NCBI GenBank assembly: GCA_977017575.1
Contig: CDRNVI010000020.1
Span: forward strand, 310,001 to 374,000
Reading direction: 5' to 3'
DNA from: Paramoeba atlantica
Taxonomy: Eukaryota > Protista > Discosea
DNA: 64,000 nt
Numbering within the stretch: position 1 is the first letter of the stretch; each line of letters starts with the position of its first letter. Positions 52,892-63,336 of the stretch are shown in pieces. The translations under genes and the position numbers were made by a program. Below the pieces are notes generated by a model. The model ran no database searches, was not told the origin of the DNA, and saw only the letters and a program-made list of their open reading frames with translations.

Positions 52892-55800
52892 ATGAAACTC
52901 AAAACGATCGTACTTGACGGTTTCAAAAGTTATGCGCACCGCCAGGAACTAAGCAATCTAGATCCTCATTTTAACGCGATCACCGGCTTGAACGGCAGCG
53001 GAAAGAGTAATGTGTTTGATGCGATATGTTTTGTCATGGGAATTACGAATCTTAAAAAGGTGCGTGCAGAAGACACACGTGATTTGATTTACAAAAACGG
53101 TAACGCGGGAATACAGCGCGCGAGTGTGACGCTGGAATTTACCAATGATGATCAAGAGACAGCACCTCCAGCTTACCCACCCACCGAATTCCCTCAAATA
53201 TCTGTCGCTCGACAAGTCATGACGGGAGGAAAGCAAAAGTTTTTTCTCAATGGCCGTGTTGCGCAGCAAAGCACGATCAAGGCATTTTTTCACAGCGTTT
53301 CAATGAACGTAGATAATCCTCATTTCTTAGTCATGCAGGGGACAGTGCATAAACTGCTCAACATGAAACCAAGTGAAGTGCTAAGTTGGATAGAAGAAGC
53401 CGCAGGAACAAGAATGTTCGATGCCCGGCGGCGTGTTGCGGAACATCTAATTCAGAGCAAAGAAAGAAAACTTCAAGAAATCAATCAAACTCTTGAGGGG
53501 GACATTGCCACGTTGCTGGAGAACATGGGAAATGAGCAGAGTTTGTATGATTCTTACCTGCAAATTAGCGCCAGTCTGGAGGTAAAACGCAAGTTCAAAG
53601 CGGGGTACATGTATTGGAAAAATGTCCACACAATTGAGAACAGTGCAGCCAGGTTAATACAGTGTCGGAATGAGGTAGAAGATCAAAGATCGCTTCTTTC
53701 TACCGTCCCTGCCCGACTTGCAAAACTGCAGCATGAACTTCAAGAGAGCGAGATTCAACGCCAATCTAATACTGTCTGGTCTGAGTATAAAGAAACGTTG
53801 CGACAGGCCTCTCACCAGCAACATAAAGTGAAGGGTGAAATATCTCTTCTAAATAAACAACGGAACAAGCTTCACGACGCGGTGCGAAAACTGGAGACGG
53901 AACTGGGAAAATTGGAGGCGTCTGCTGCTCTTTCTGCTCAGGAAAACGATCGAGTCTTATCATCGTTCGAAAAGCTGCGTGCTGAGAAAGCAGAACTTGA
54001 AAAAAGATGCGAAGACCTGCGGGCCTCACTTCAAATGGCACGCAGTGGCATTCAGGTCGGGGAACGGGGCATGACTCTTTTGGAAGAAAGTGATTTTCTT
54101 GAGAAAGAAATTCTACAACTTAATTCCACTCTCTCTCGACTCCGACACACACAGCAACGTCTCGCGGAAGAACTCAAAACCTTTGAAACCCGCCAAAATG
54201 CAAGCCATGACGAGCACCTCTCTCTCACCCGACAGCTGGAAACCTCCAAACAAGCCGTCGCCGATGCCGAATTCGCCTACAAAAAACAAAGCGGTGGTGC
54301 GGATCCCTCCGCCCTCACCACACTCGACAACGAGCTCCAACAACTCCGCACCGCGCGCGAGAAACTCGCCCACGGAATCCGGGGGTTTGCCTTCCCCTAC
54401 GACCTCCCCCCAGACACGGACAACGCTGCCGGGGTGCGCCACCACATCTACGGTCGTGTCGGTACCCTTTTCCGCCCCCGTAACCCCAAACAGCACAGTC
54501 TCGCCCTCTCCGCCGGGGCCAAAGACCATCTCCGTAAAGTGGTCGTCCGCACCGGCGAGATCGCACAACTGCTAATCTCCACAAAAGCCACCCCGGAGCG
54601 TACCACCTATCTCGTCCTCGACAAACTCCAAACCCCTTCCATCGATGTCACCCGGCAGCAACTCGCCTATGACGCCGCCGTGGAGGCCAAGGGGTGGGCG
54701 AAACTCGCGAGTGATTTGCTGCAGCAAAGTCCGGAAAGCGTTCTGGGCTCAAATTCTCAAAGCTTTACCTCCCAAAGTGCGTTCGCCTCTGAACTCTCTC
54801 GCGTCGCCTCCTTTGTGTTTGGTCGGTTCTTTGCGTGTTCCTCGATGGAGGTGGCGCGTGCGATTGCGTTTGGACCCGCAAAGGCACGCGCGGTGACCCT
54901 CCATGGGGATGTGGCGGAGCCCAGTGGGATTCTCAGTGGGGGGAGCGCCGCGGGGCTGCGGGATGTGATGGGGGAATTCGCCGCGGCTATCCCAGAGCTG
55001 CAGAAATATGCGAATGTGGAAAATGAGCTGCGGCGCATTGCGGAGACCCGAAAAGGGGTGGAGCAGAGGATGGGAAAGGCAGAGGGGAGTCGAATGCGGT
55101 GGGAGGAGGCGGTGGGGCAGCATAGGGCGCTGGAGGCACAGGTGAGCGGGTTGGCGGGGTCCGCGAAAGGGGAGAGCTCGAGAGGGGTGGAGATACGCAA
55201 ACAGCAGGAGGAGGCGGGGAGGGGGGTGCAGGAGAACACGGAGAAGCTGGGGGAGGTGAAATCCGCGTTGGTGGGGGTGAAGGAGAAGTTACAGCGTGGG
55301 ATTGACACCAAACGCGCGGAGCGAGAGTATGCGGAGAAGCTTGCGGCCGCCCAGGACCGGCGTAAGGAGGTGCAGCGAGAGCTGGAGAAGGGACAAACCG
55401 GGTATGAGACGTTGCAAGCCCAGAAAGCCGCACAGGACGCGCGGCAGGAGGAGGTGAGCCGTCAGCGAAATGAGCTGTCCCAGGAGGCCACCGCGTTGGA
55501 GGATGAAACCACGACCAAACAAAGGGAACACGACACACTCCGCACCCAGATTGCTCAGACCGAGAGTCAGCTACAGGCCGAGGAGGAGCGACTGCGGCTC
55601 GTGGAAACGAAACACCAAGAAATCACTCAAACCCTACAGCAAACCCAGGAAGAGGAGCACACCGCCCGTCGTGCCATGACGACGTTGGAGCACGAAATGA
55701 AGACCATGGCAAAGACCGTGGAGTCCGCTAAATCACAAAACACAGAGCTACGCACTCACCATCCCTGGATAGAGTCTGAGAAAGTCCATTTCGGTGACAC

Positions 55801-56593
55801 CACGACCCCGTTCTACTTTATCGACGAAAATCGCACCGCAAAGACCCTTGAGACGCTCGCGGAGGAGGAGCACAAACTGGAACACATGAGTCGCCGAGTA
55901 AACAAAAAAGTCACCGCTGTGTTAGAGCAGTCTCGAAAAGAGTACAACGACTTAGTCCGGCGCCGGGATGCGCTGGTCGCAGATAAGCGCATTATACTAC
56001 GCACGATCCGTGCGGTCGAGGCTAAAAAATGGAGGAGTTTAGATGTGATGGTGGACAAGGTCAGCTCGGGGTTTAGTAAGTTGTTTGCGGCGTGTCTCCC
56101 CGGGGCCTCGTGTCGCCTGGTGCAGCAACGGGAAGCAAGTGAGGGGGCAAAGGTTTCGACGAGGGCTCGGACAGACAAGGGGTCAAACTCGGAGCCAGGT
56201 GACTCTACTGCAGGAGATGGAGATGCGACAGAGCCCAAAGAAGGGGGAATACAAGGTCGTCTCACGGGATTGGAGGTTCGGGTCGCGTTTCAGGGAAAGG
56301 AGAAGGAAACCCTCACAGAGCTCTCTGGGGGTCAGCGAAGTCTGCTGGCGCTGTGTTTAATTTTAGCGATTCTCCGGTTTCGTCCCGCTCCTGTGTATAT
56401 TCTGGATGAAGTAGATGCGGCACTGGACCCGAGTCACACGCAGAATATTGGCAAGATGCTTCAACGCCATTTCCGTGACGCTCAGTTTCTTCTGGTTTCG
56501 CTTAAGGATGGGATGTTTGCGAACGCGAACGTCATTTTTGAAATTCGAAACGCACAGGGCTTCAGTGAGGTTATGCGTAAGGTAAATGCGTAG
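52892..56593 (+). CDS. SMC2: Condensin subunit SMC2
   Basis: DGFKSYA..HFNAITGLNGSGKSNVFDAICFVMGI, hinge, LTELSGGQRSL and YILDEVDAALD. Confidence 0.95.
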   Translation: MKLKTIVLDGFKSYAHRQELSNLDPHFNAITGLNGSGKSNVFDAICFVMGITNLKKVRAEDTRDLIYKNGNAGIQRASVTLEFTNDDQETAPPAYPPTEFPQISVARQVMTGGKQKFFLNGRVAQQSTIKAFFHSVSMNVDNPHFLVMQGTVHKLLNMKPSEVLSWIEEAAGTRMFDARRRVAEHLIQSKERKLQEINQTLEGDIATLLENMGNEQSLYDSYLQISASLEVKRKFKAGYMYWKNVHTIENSAARLIQCRNEVEDQRSLLSTVPARLAKLQHELQESEIQRQSNTVWSEYKETLRQASHQQHKVKGEISLLNKQRNKLHDAVRKLETELGKLEASAALSAQENDRVLSSFEKLRAEKAELEKRCEDLRASLQMARSGIQVGERGMTLLEESDFLEKEILQLNSTLSRLRHTQQRLAEELKTFETRQNASHDEHLSLTRQLETSKQAVADAEFAYKKQSGGADPSALTTLDNELQQLRTAREKLAHGIRGFAFPYDLPPDTDNAAGVRHHIYGRVGTLFRPRNPKQHSLALSAGAKDHLRKVVVRTGEIAQLLISTKATPERTTYLVLDKLQTPSIDVTRQQLAYDAAVEAKGWAKLASDLLQQSPESVLGSNSQSFTSQSAFASELSRVASFVFGRFFACSSMEVARAIAFGPAKARAVTLHGDVAEPSGILSGGSAAGLRDVMGEFAAAIPELQKYANVENELRRIAETRKGVEQRMGKAEGSRMRWEEAVGQHRALEAQVSGLAGSAKGESSRGVEIRKQQEEAGRGVQENTEKLGEVKSALVGVKEKLQRGIDTKRAEREYAEKLAAAQDRRKEVQRELEKGQTGYETLQAQKAAQDARQEEVSRQRNELSQEATALEDETTTKQREHDTLRTQIAQTESQLQAEEERLRLVETKHQEITQTLQQTQEEEHTARRAMTTLEHEMKTMAKTVESAKSQNTELRTHHPWIESEKVHFGDTTTPFYFIDENRTAKTLETLAEEEHKLEHMSRRVNKKVTAVLEQSRKEYNDLVRRRDALVADKRIILRTIRAVEAKKWRSLDVMVDKVSSGFSKLFAACLPGASCRLVQQREASEGAKVSTRARTDKGSNSEPGDSTAGDGDATEPKEGGIQGRLTGLEVRVAFQGKEKETLTELSGGQRSLLALCLILAILRFRPAPVYILDEVDAALDPSHTQNIGKMLQRHFRDAQFLLVSLKDGMFANANVIFEIRNAQGFSEVMRKVNA

Positions 56594-56852
56594 GGCACGG
56601 AGCCCCTTATAAAAATTGGATTCCTTTTTGATTATTGTAAAAATAGTCATAGATTGCGTTTCTCTAACGCCATCAAGAAGTAATGTAGATTTGTGTAAAG
56701 GATCATGTATTGAAATTTGTATTTCAAATATTACTGGCTCTCCTCTTACGTCTATTATCATCAAATCAGTCAAGACGTCATCTCCCACTTTTACTTTCAC
56801 TCTTGAAGAAAATCTATTTTTCCACACTTCGTTTTTCTTCACCCCAATTTAC

Positions 56853-58487
56853 ATGCCCTATCTCTTCTACCAATTTCAATCGAAGGCCGGGAGGGTCGAA
56901 TTTGAAGGCACCTCCGTGAGTGCGGAAAAAGCACAATACCTCATTGCCTCCGCCGTCGGTACCACCGACTTCGTCGACCTGGTCCTCGGCGACACCCCCG
57001 TGCGAGAGAGACAACGCCTCCTCCCCGGTACCGCCGTCACAGCTACCCGTACCCCACGCCACGGCCGTCGTCCCCCACGAAATTGGACCTCCGCAGTCCC
57101 CTCCTCTTCCTCTTTCTTCTCCCACCCCATGGGTCACCCACCCCCCGGATCCCACCCTATTGGTCTACCCCCTCATCCCACCGGGTCCTCCGTCCCCGAC
57201 CCCTCCACACTTTCCTATGTCACCTCCGCAGAGCCCACAACCACAGACCCCCGCCCCGCCCCCTCCCACGGTGATATCTTCCACCAAACCCTCTCCCTCC
57301 CCCACTCCACAGAACAGGAGAGACTCTCCGCGTTACGGCAACACATTGCCAACGAGACCTCTTTTCCCTCGATCTCTTCTTCTTTCTCTTCCTCTTCTAC
57401 CCATCGAGAAGAAAAGGGCTCTCTTTTATCATTAAACAAAAGCAGAGATCCTTTGACACTCCAAGGCCCACGAAAACGACCCCCCCTGCCTTCCACAGTA
57501 GCCTCCCGGGGATCTCGTGGAGCGGTGGGTCCATTGATGGGCTCTTCTTCTTCTTCTTCTTCTTCTTCCTTATCTTCTTCCCTATCCTCTGCCCCTCTTC
57601 CCCTCCCTCCCCCTAAGGGGTACCTCTGTGACCAATGCGGTCGTCCAGGTCACTGGATTCAGCATTGTCCCATGCGGACCATGCTGAATCCAACAAAAGG
57701 CACAACGACCCCTTCCCAGGATCAGGGATCACAGCAACGGGGGGGGCCTACGACGGGGAGGACAGCAGCAGCAGCAACAGCAGAAGGGGGGGGAGCACAA
57801 CATGGGGGGTTGTCTCCAGCTTGGAGGGGGAGGGGGAGGGGGATGCCCTTTCCTGCTTCTTCTCCTGTTGGTTCTTCCCCTTCTGCTGCTGCTGTCGTTT
57901 CTCCTGTTGTGGCTCGTCGTTTACTGCCTCCCATCGGGATCTCCTCCTCAGCACTGGAGGTGGTTCCGGAGGGGGAGGCTGCGGTGGGGGGGGAGAGATT
58001 GTTTCGTACCACCACAGGTCGCCTGGCGCGGCGAAGGGTGGAGACGGGGGCGTTGGTCGGGGAGGTGATCAATGCAAAATATAAGCAAGGCGAGGCGAAC
58101 CCTCACGAAGACAGCGTGGGTGACGAGAAGGTCCCGGAGCCGTTGGGTTGTCGACTTTGTGGTGGTTTGTTGCGGGAACCGTTAGCGACGGGTTGTTGTG
58201 TCCGGGAAATGTGTTGTACGGGTTGTTTGGAGCACAGGTGTATGGAGGGTGCACGGCTTGCGTGTCCGTTTTGTGGTAGCCACGTGGGGGTGGATGATTT
58301 TGTAGAGGATAAAGGGTTAGGGGAGCAGGTTTGTAAAATTCGTGATCAGTTGTGCATTGCTGTTGCGCGTCTGAAAGAGGGTGCAATAGATTGGAATGTC
58401 GTACTTCGAGATGCGGGAATAGTACATGCCCAGGAAGCGTCCACTTCCATCTTGGCAGAGGAGGTTGAAAAAGAAGAATGCTGGTAA
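56853..58487 (+). CDS. RBBP6/Mpe1-like protein (DWNN + zinc knuckle + RING)
   Basis: DWNN-like N-terminus, PPPKGYLCDQCGRPGHWIQHCP, RING CRLC..CC..CCTGC..CPFC. Confidence 0.85.
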   Translation: MPYLFYQFQSKAGRVEFEGTSVSAEKAQYLIASAVGTTDFVDLVLGDTPVRERQRLLPGTAVTATRTPRHGRRPPRNWTSAVPSSSSFFSHPMGHPPPGSHPIGLPPHPTGSSVPDPSTLSYVTSAEPTTTDPRPAPSHGDIFHQTLSLPHSTEQERLSALRQHIANETSFPSISSSFSSSSTHREEKGSLLSLNKSRDPLTLQGPRKRPPLPSTVASRGSRGAVGPLMGSSSSSSSSSLSSSLSSAPLPLPPPKGYLCDQCGRPGHWIQHCPMRTMLNPTKGTTTPSQDQGSQQRGGPTTGRTAAAATAEGGGAQHGGLSPAWRGRGRGMPFPASSPVGSSPSAAAVVSPVVARRLLPPIGISSSALEVVPEGEAAVGGERLFRTTTGRLARRRVETGALVGEVINAKYKQGEANPHEDSVGDEKVPEPLGCRLCGGLLREPLATGCCVREMCCTGCLEHRCMEGARLACPFCGSHVGVDDFVEDKGLGEQVCKIRDQLCIAVARLKEGAIDWNVVLRDAGIVHAQEASTSILAEEVEKEECW

Positions 58488-59309
58488 TCACTTTCTAAAC
58501 GGTCAAGGCACGCCTCGAGTAGCGCTGTCCGAGAGCCGGATTTTCCGCCAAGGTCTCCGGTTTCTGTATTCATACAAGAAATAAAACTTACTCAAAGGGT
58601 GATTCGAACGTCTATTACTGACACTTTTAAAGCGAAGAATCGGCTCGAGAAACGTATTGAATCGGGACTGACCAGAGATCGTTTGCTTCTCGAGCAAACA
58701 AGTTCCATTTGTTTGGAAGATATACGTCAGGCGTTTGTTGCTCTTCTCGAAGTAGCACTAAAAAAGACATTAGGAAAACAATTCGGAATATGAAAGGATG
58801 AGTCCGGAACAAACAGATTTGCGAAATCACAGAAGCATACCAGACAGGAAACAGAGTGTTAAAAACAAAGACAAGGGAACAACCAAAAAGAGGAAAGAGA
58901 AAGCACTGGCATTTCAAGTGCTAGTGAATCAATTTCTTTGTATTCTGATTCTTCGGGGTATTGCTAATTGCTCCGGAGACTTGATGATCCAAGAGTTTGA
59001 CATGTCAAATCAACTACTCCCCCCTTTAATTTTTATGAATGCCCCCTCGCATTTTTCTTTCAGAGATGTATATTTTTGCTGAATTTTACATTTTTCTTCT
59101 GATCCATGCCCTTTTAAATATTGAAGCACTTTTTCCCTGAATGCCTTTAAAAAGCTCAGTCCCCACTTCGGCAAGGGCCATGGGTTGCTTTTTTCTACAA
59201 TTCACATTCATAAAAATTCATGAGAGGGGGCGTAGTACTTTACTTACTTATTTTTCAGGCTTGTATCCTACGTATTTACTTGTACACCTCACTTCAGACC
59301 TGCACCCCC

Positions 59310-60512
59310 ATGAGACTGTATCAAGGTCGCGCAGTACTCCCAAGCACATCTCCCTCCATGTCCCCCTTTACTACCCCACGGGTTGTGGGCAATGCTTTCC
59401 TTCTACTCCCCTCCCACGACTTCTCCGGACGTCATACCTTCCCGCCCTATCCTGCCCCCGTCTACTCCCTCTCCCGCCGCACCCTCGCCCACCGCGTACT
59501 CGCCCAGGGACTGCGTGAGGAGCTCCGACAGGAGTTACGCGGGGAGGAGGCGGAGGAGGCAGCGGGTGTCCCCCCGCTGGTCCCCGCGGGGTGGGTCGTC
59601 ACTCACGCCCCCACGCGTAACGCTCTCCTGCTGCGATCGAGTCGGCAAGTACCCCGGGCCCAGCCCCTGGGTGCGGCCGTACGTCCACGAGACCTGAATC
59701 CGGTATCCCCATTCGTCGATAGCAACGAAATGCCGGTTCGTCACCTTCGACGCTCGGAGACGAAGATCGGGGAGCGTGTGCTTCACCCGTTTGGGATTAA
59801 ACCTATGGATAAGGAGAAGAAGGGTACGAACTCATCAAAGACGGGAGTCTCCGATGAGACCGCAGGGGATGTTACGGTCCAACTCACAATTTTAGCTCAT
59901 TTTGAAATGAAGGACCCCTCGCTGTCGGCACCTCACCTCAACACGTGTGAGTACCTTCCCTTCACGTTGCGTGTGTTTCGAGAGGATAAACACCGTGAGC
60001 TGTGGTGCTCGCTGGCCTATGCGAACTGTAAAGTGGTGATTAACAAAGTTGCGATCGTTCCACGCACGCAATTTCGGGGAGGAATGGCGCCTGAAATAGC
60101 CCCGGAGCATGTTTTTGAAAATATTCTGCATCCGACGTGTGAAAGTGCTTCCTCCAGTGCCTCGGGAAGAAAGAAACAGACTCAAACTCGGATGCCATCG
60201 TTTGAGGAAAGGTTGCGCGCGATCACGAAGCACGTGTTAAGTCACCCCCCTCGAGAGAACCTGTTGCAAAGTTTTGTACGTCTGAAAGAAACTGTGGAGG
60301 AGTTCTACCCTGGCCCCCGATTCGCCGACAACAGTCTGAACTCTGAGTTTTTGAAGCAGTTTACAGACTACTTTGGAGAGCTTGGCATTACGGAGAGTCT
60401 GGGTGAATACATTGCACAAGCTAGTTATTTTTATGAAAACGAGGAATATCAACGCTGGATCGCGCGTTTATCACATTTTGCTGACCCTAAGCCATCTGAC
60501 GACGCTGTCTAG
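59310..60512 (+). CDS. Mitochondrial glycoprotein (MAM33/p22/p32) family
   Basis: LREEL..PAGWVV..P..LLLR and FYPGPRF..L..F..YF.ELGI..LGEYI..YENEEYQRW. Confidence 0.82.
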   Translation: MRLYQGRAVLPSTSPSMSPFTTPRVVGNAFLLLPSHDFSGRHTFPPYPAPVYSLSRRTLAHRVLAQGLREELRQELRGEEAEEAAGVPPLVPAGWVVTHAPTRNALLLRSSRQVPRAQPLGAAVRPRDLNPVSPFVDSNEMPVRHLRRSETKIGERVLHPFGIKPMDKEKKGTNSSKTGVSDETAGDVTVQLTILAHFEMKDPSLSAPHLNTCEYLPFTLRVFREDKHRELWCSLAYANCKVVINKVAIVPRTQFRGGMAPEIAPEHVFENILHPTCESASSSASGRKKQTQTRMPSFEERLRAITKHVLSHPPRENLLQSFVRLKETVEEFYPGPRFADNSLNSEFLKQFTDYFGELGITESLGEYIAQASYFYENEEYQRWIARLSHFADPKPSDDAV

Positions 60513-60648
60513 AAGTTCCGTTCTATTTTACGCCACGTGCGACAGTGCGTCCGATGGGACAAATAGAATAATATTGTTGCATCTGATATGGAACTGAATG
60601 ATTACATCGTCACGGTACAAAGTTTACACTACAACAGGTATAAACTAT

Positions 60649-61365
60649 ATTGCGGTGGTTGTATAACTACCGCTCTACCCTCGATTATTGAAAAAAAAGT
60701 GAACGAAAACAGGGAAAATATAAAGAGGAACACAGTAATATAATAGAAGAAAAAAATATAAAAGGGGGCTCCGGTGGTCCAAAACTGAAAAAAATAAATG
60801 AAAAAAATGGGGGGTCTAGGGAGGGGTCCAGGGGGGGCATACGTCAAGAAATTTTTCAATAATTTTTTGCTTTTCAAAATCGAGCGCAGGGAAGGGGTAG
60901 AGTAGGCCGCGGCGATAATTTTCCACCCCCCCACACCTGGGGGTACCCCCCCTGGTACGCGCGGGAGGGGTTCGACAAGGTCAAAAATTCCGAATTTTTT
61001 GGGGTGACACAAAAAAAATTTGACTCAAAAAAAAGTAAAAATATTATTTTTCCAAAATCGACTCCTAAAACGTATTTTAAGAGTTTGGGACCACAGCTAC
61101 CATTCCACGGCGTTTTTTCGTCAGATTCGACTCCTGCCCCTACTTGTAAGGCAGCAAAAATAGTCCAAAATCGAGTTAAAGTTTCGCAATTTTCGCCGAA
61201 AAATCGAGCTTTTTTACCCAAAAAAATAGATTATTCATGATCTTTTGGCGATTTTTCTTTTTTAGGCTCTTCGTTAAACGCGGAGGTAGTTTTCTTCGCG
61301 AAGCGCGCAGCATGAGTGACTTCTAATTTGAAAACAACCACCGCGTCTAACGAAGAGCCTAAAAA
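60649..61365 (-). mobile_element. Double-hairpin element subfamily 2, complete, reverse orientation
   Basis: Small hairpin at 60649; large hairpin 61261-61365 (TAGGCTCTTCGTTAAACGCGG...CCGCGTCTAACGAAGAGCCTA). Confidence 0.9.
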
Positions 61366-61569
61366 ATAATACACACCTTTATTGCGGTAGTGTCGGTGTG
61401 GTAGCTAAAATGCGGTGGTTGTTGATAAACGGGGCTTCGCAAATTGCTTCCTACTAACGACACCGCGTAAGGCTCAGGACCGCTCACGCGGGCCCGCGCC
61501 ATTCCCCCAATCCCTCCCTCCAGCTTTGCAAATTGCTTCCCACTAACGACGTCGCGCATGGCTGAAAAT

Positions 61570-61641
61570 GTGACCGCCGGGAGTTAAACCTGTGACCACC
61601 AGATTATGAACGGCATACCATACCAGCTGGACTACCCGGGT
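61570..61641 (-). pseudogene. tRNA-Met(CAT)-like pseudo-tRNA
   Basis: TAGTCCAGCTGGTA (A box), TTCATAA loop, degenerate B box GGTTTAACTCC; stems are imperfect. Confidence 0.5.
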
Positions 61642-61789
61642 TCGAGTCCCGCGACCTATGTTTTTAAGCGCCGAGATTTGTGCCCAAATCGAGAATAGGG
61701 GGGCTGGACCCCTTTTCTCACCCTTCTGGAGCCATCCTACCCCGGACACCATAAAGAAGGGAGAGGCAGAGGTCGGAAACAACCCCCGC

Positions 61790-61830
61790 AATAACTACCG
61801 CTCTACCCTCGATTATTGAAAAAATAAAAG
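61790..61830 (-). mobile_element. Partial small-hairpin end of the double-hairpin element
   Basis: AACTACCGCTCTACCCTCGATTATTGAAAAAA. Confidence 0.65.
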
Positions 61831-62285
61831 GAATAAGTAAAAAACCCGCTCACAAATAAGCGACCCCTCCCTTATTTTTTACACGAGAGAACATGACAGG
61901 TTATCACTTTATATGGCAGGCTGCCACTTTTTCGTTTAAAATTTTGATATCTGTACGTTCCCGCTTTTTAGCCCATTTTAGCACACAAAATAATATCAAA
62001 AAAATGATTTTTGAACTTTTTCTCAGTAATTTTGAACCTAAATACTGACCCCTTCCAAAAGTCCGAACTTAATAGTTGTCATTCGAATTTGAATGACAGG
62101 TGTGAAAATCAAAAAACGACTGAAATTTATTCCTAAAAAAACTAATGATAAAAACTAACGGTAAAAAGCAATGAGTTTCTTGCTTTATTTCTCTCCTACC
62201 TCGCCAGTATCTTAAATTGTTTACATCGTAATAGATGGCTTTAGCCAGCAACGCAATATTCGGTCGAGAGAAAAAATTCTATATA

Positions 62286-62412
62286 CCGTCCCCCCCTATT
62301 TAGTGTTTGGTAGAATTGGGGAAAAACCAACACTAAGTAGGGGAGGGAAAAAAAATGGCGCAGTTTCGTCAATGTCTACGAAGCAGAAAAAACACTAAAT
62401 AGGGGGACAAGG
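62286..62412. mobile_element. About 127-bp mini-MITE, TA flanks
   Basis: TA|CCGTCCCCCC(C)TATTTAGTGTTT ... AAACACTAAATAGGGGGACAAGG|TA. Confidence 0.7.
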
Positions 62413-62943
62413 TACTAAATAGTAAATAGAGGGTGATTAAATATTATTTAATACGTGTGTCATATTCTTGTCACATTCTTATCTACATGATTACATCAGT
62501 TGAGCTCGGAATTTGTTTCCGTGCGCTCGACTTAAAGTTACCCGTCAAAGTTATCTTGTACGTGCACGGAGTGAGGCAACGAGACGAAACAACTTTCTTC
62601 AGGTGTTGATGTCTCTGAAGCTTATTTTTAAGTTTCACACGCACTCCGAGGAAAGTCCCTCTGCTCGTTTACCGGTAGCAAGTACCGCTCGGAGTTCACG
62701 CACTCCGATGCCTAGGCGGAGGTGATTTGTTTGCCTCTCCTGGGGAGAGCAAGTGTGCCCCATACGAGATATCTCGTTTGGACTGCTTATAGTAATGTAC
62801 GCGTTACATACAAAAGAGGGCTTATATCAATAAGATACATGTTGGGGACTTTTGATGATAACTTTTAAAAAACGATATAAAAGTACATGTACATAAAGAG
62901 GGGGTTCATCTATTATTAACAATCACCTATTACTAACAATGGT

Positions 62944-63270
62944 ATTGCGGTGGTTGTATAAATACCGCTCTACCCTCGATTTTTGACGAAAAAATAAGAG
63001 AAACACAGTAATATGATAGAAGAAAAAAATATAAAAGGGGGCTCCGGTGGTCCAAAATTGAAAAAAAGAATTGAAAAAATTGGGGGGTCCATGGGGGGGG
63101 TCTAGGGGGGGCATACCGCACGAAATGTTTTTTGAAAAAAATATTTTTCGAAAAAAAACCGCAGAAGCGGTAGCCGGGGTCTTGGCGCGCATTTTTCACT
63201 CCCCTACCCGGGGGTGACCCCCCCGCATATCCGCAGGACGGGTCCGCCAAGTTCGGATTTTTTCATAAAA
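62944..63270 (-). mobile_element. Double-hairpin element subfamily 1, truncated
   Basis: Small-hairpin end plus about 320 bp of interior matching the reverse complement of about 8140-8503. Confidence 0.85.
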
Positions 63271-63336
63271 AAAATATTAAAGAAATTATATTATATTTTA
63301 TATTATACTTTTCAGTCCCTAATGACGTTATCCGTA

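Noticed and set aside
58560-58568. Spliced-leader RNA gene (GTTTCTGTA)
   Set aside because: Only 9 nt match; no SL exon context, GT donor pattern or tandem array.
20329-58793. Reassigned stop codons (Blastocrithidia-like code)
   Set aside because: Conserved genes have no internal stops and end at TAA, TAG or TGA at expected positions.
62540-62720. Minus-strand RT-like fragment (RGTFLGVRV)
   Set aside because: A single short motif among broken frames; too weak to call.
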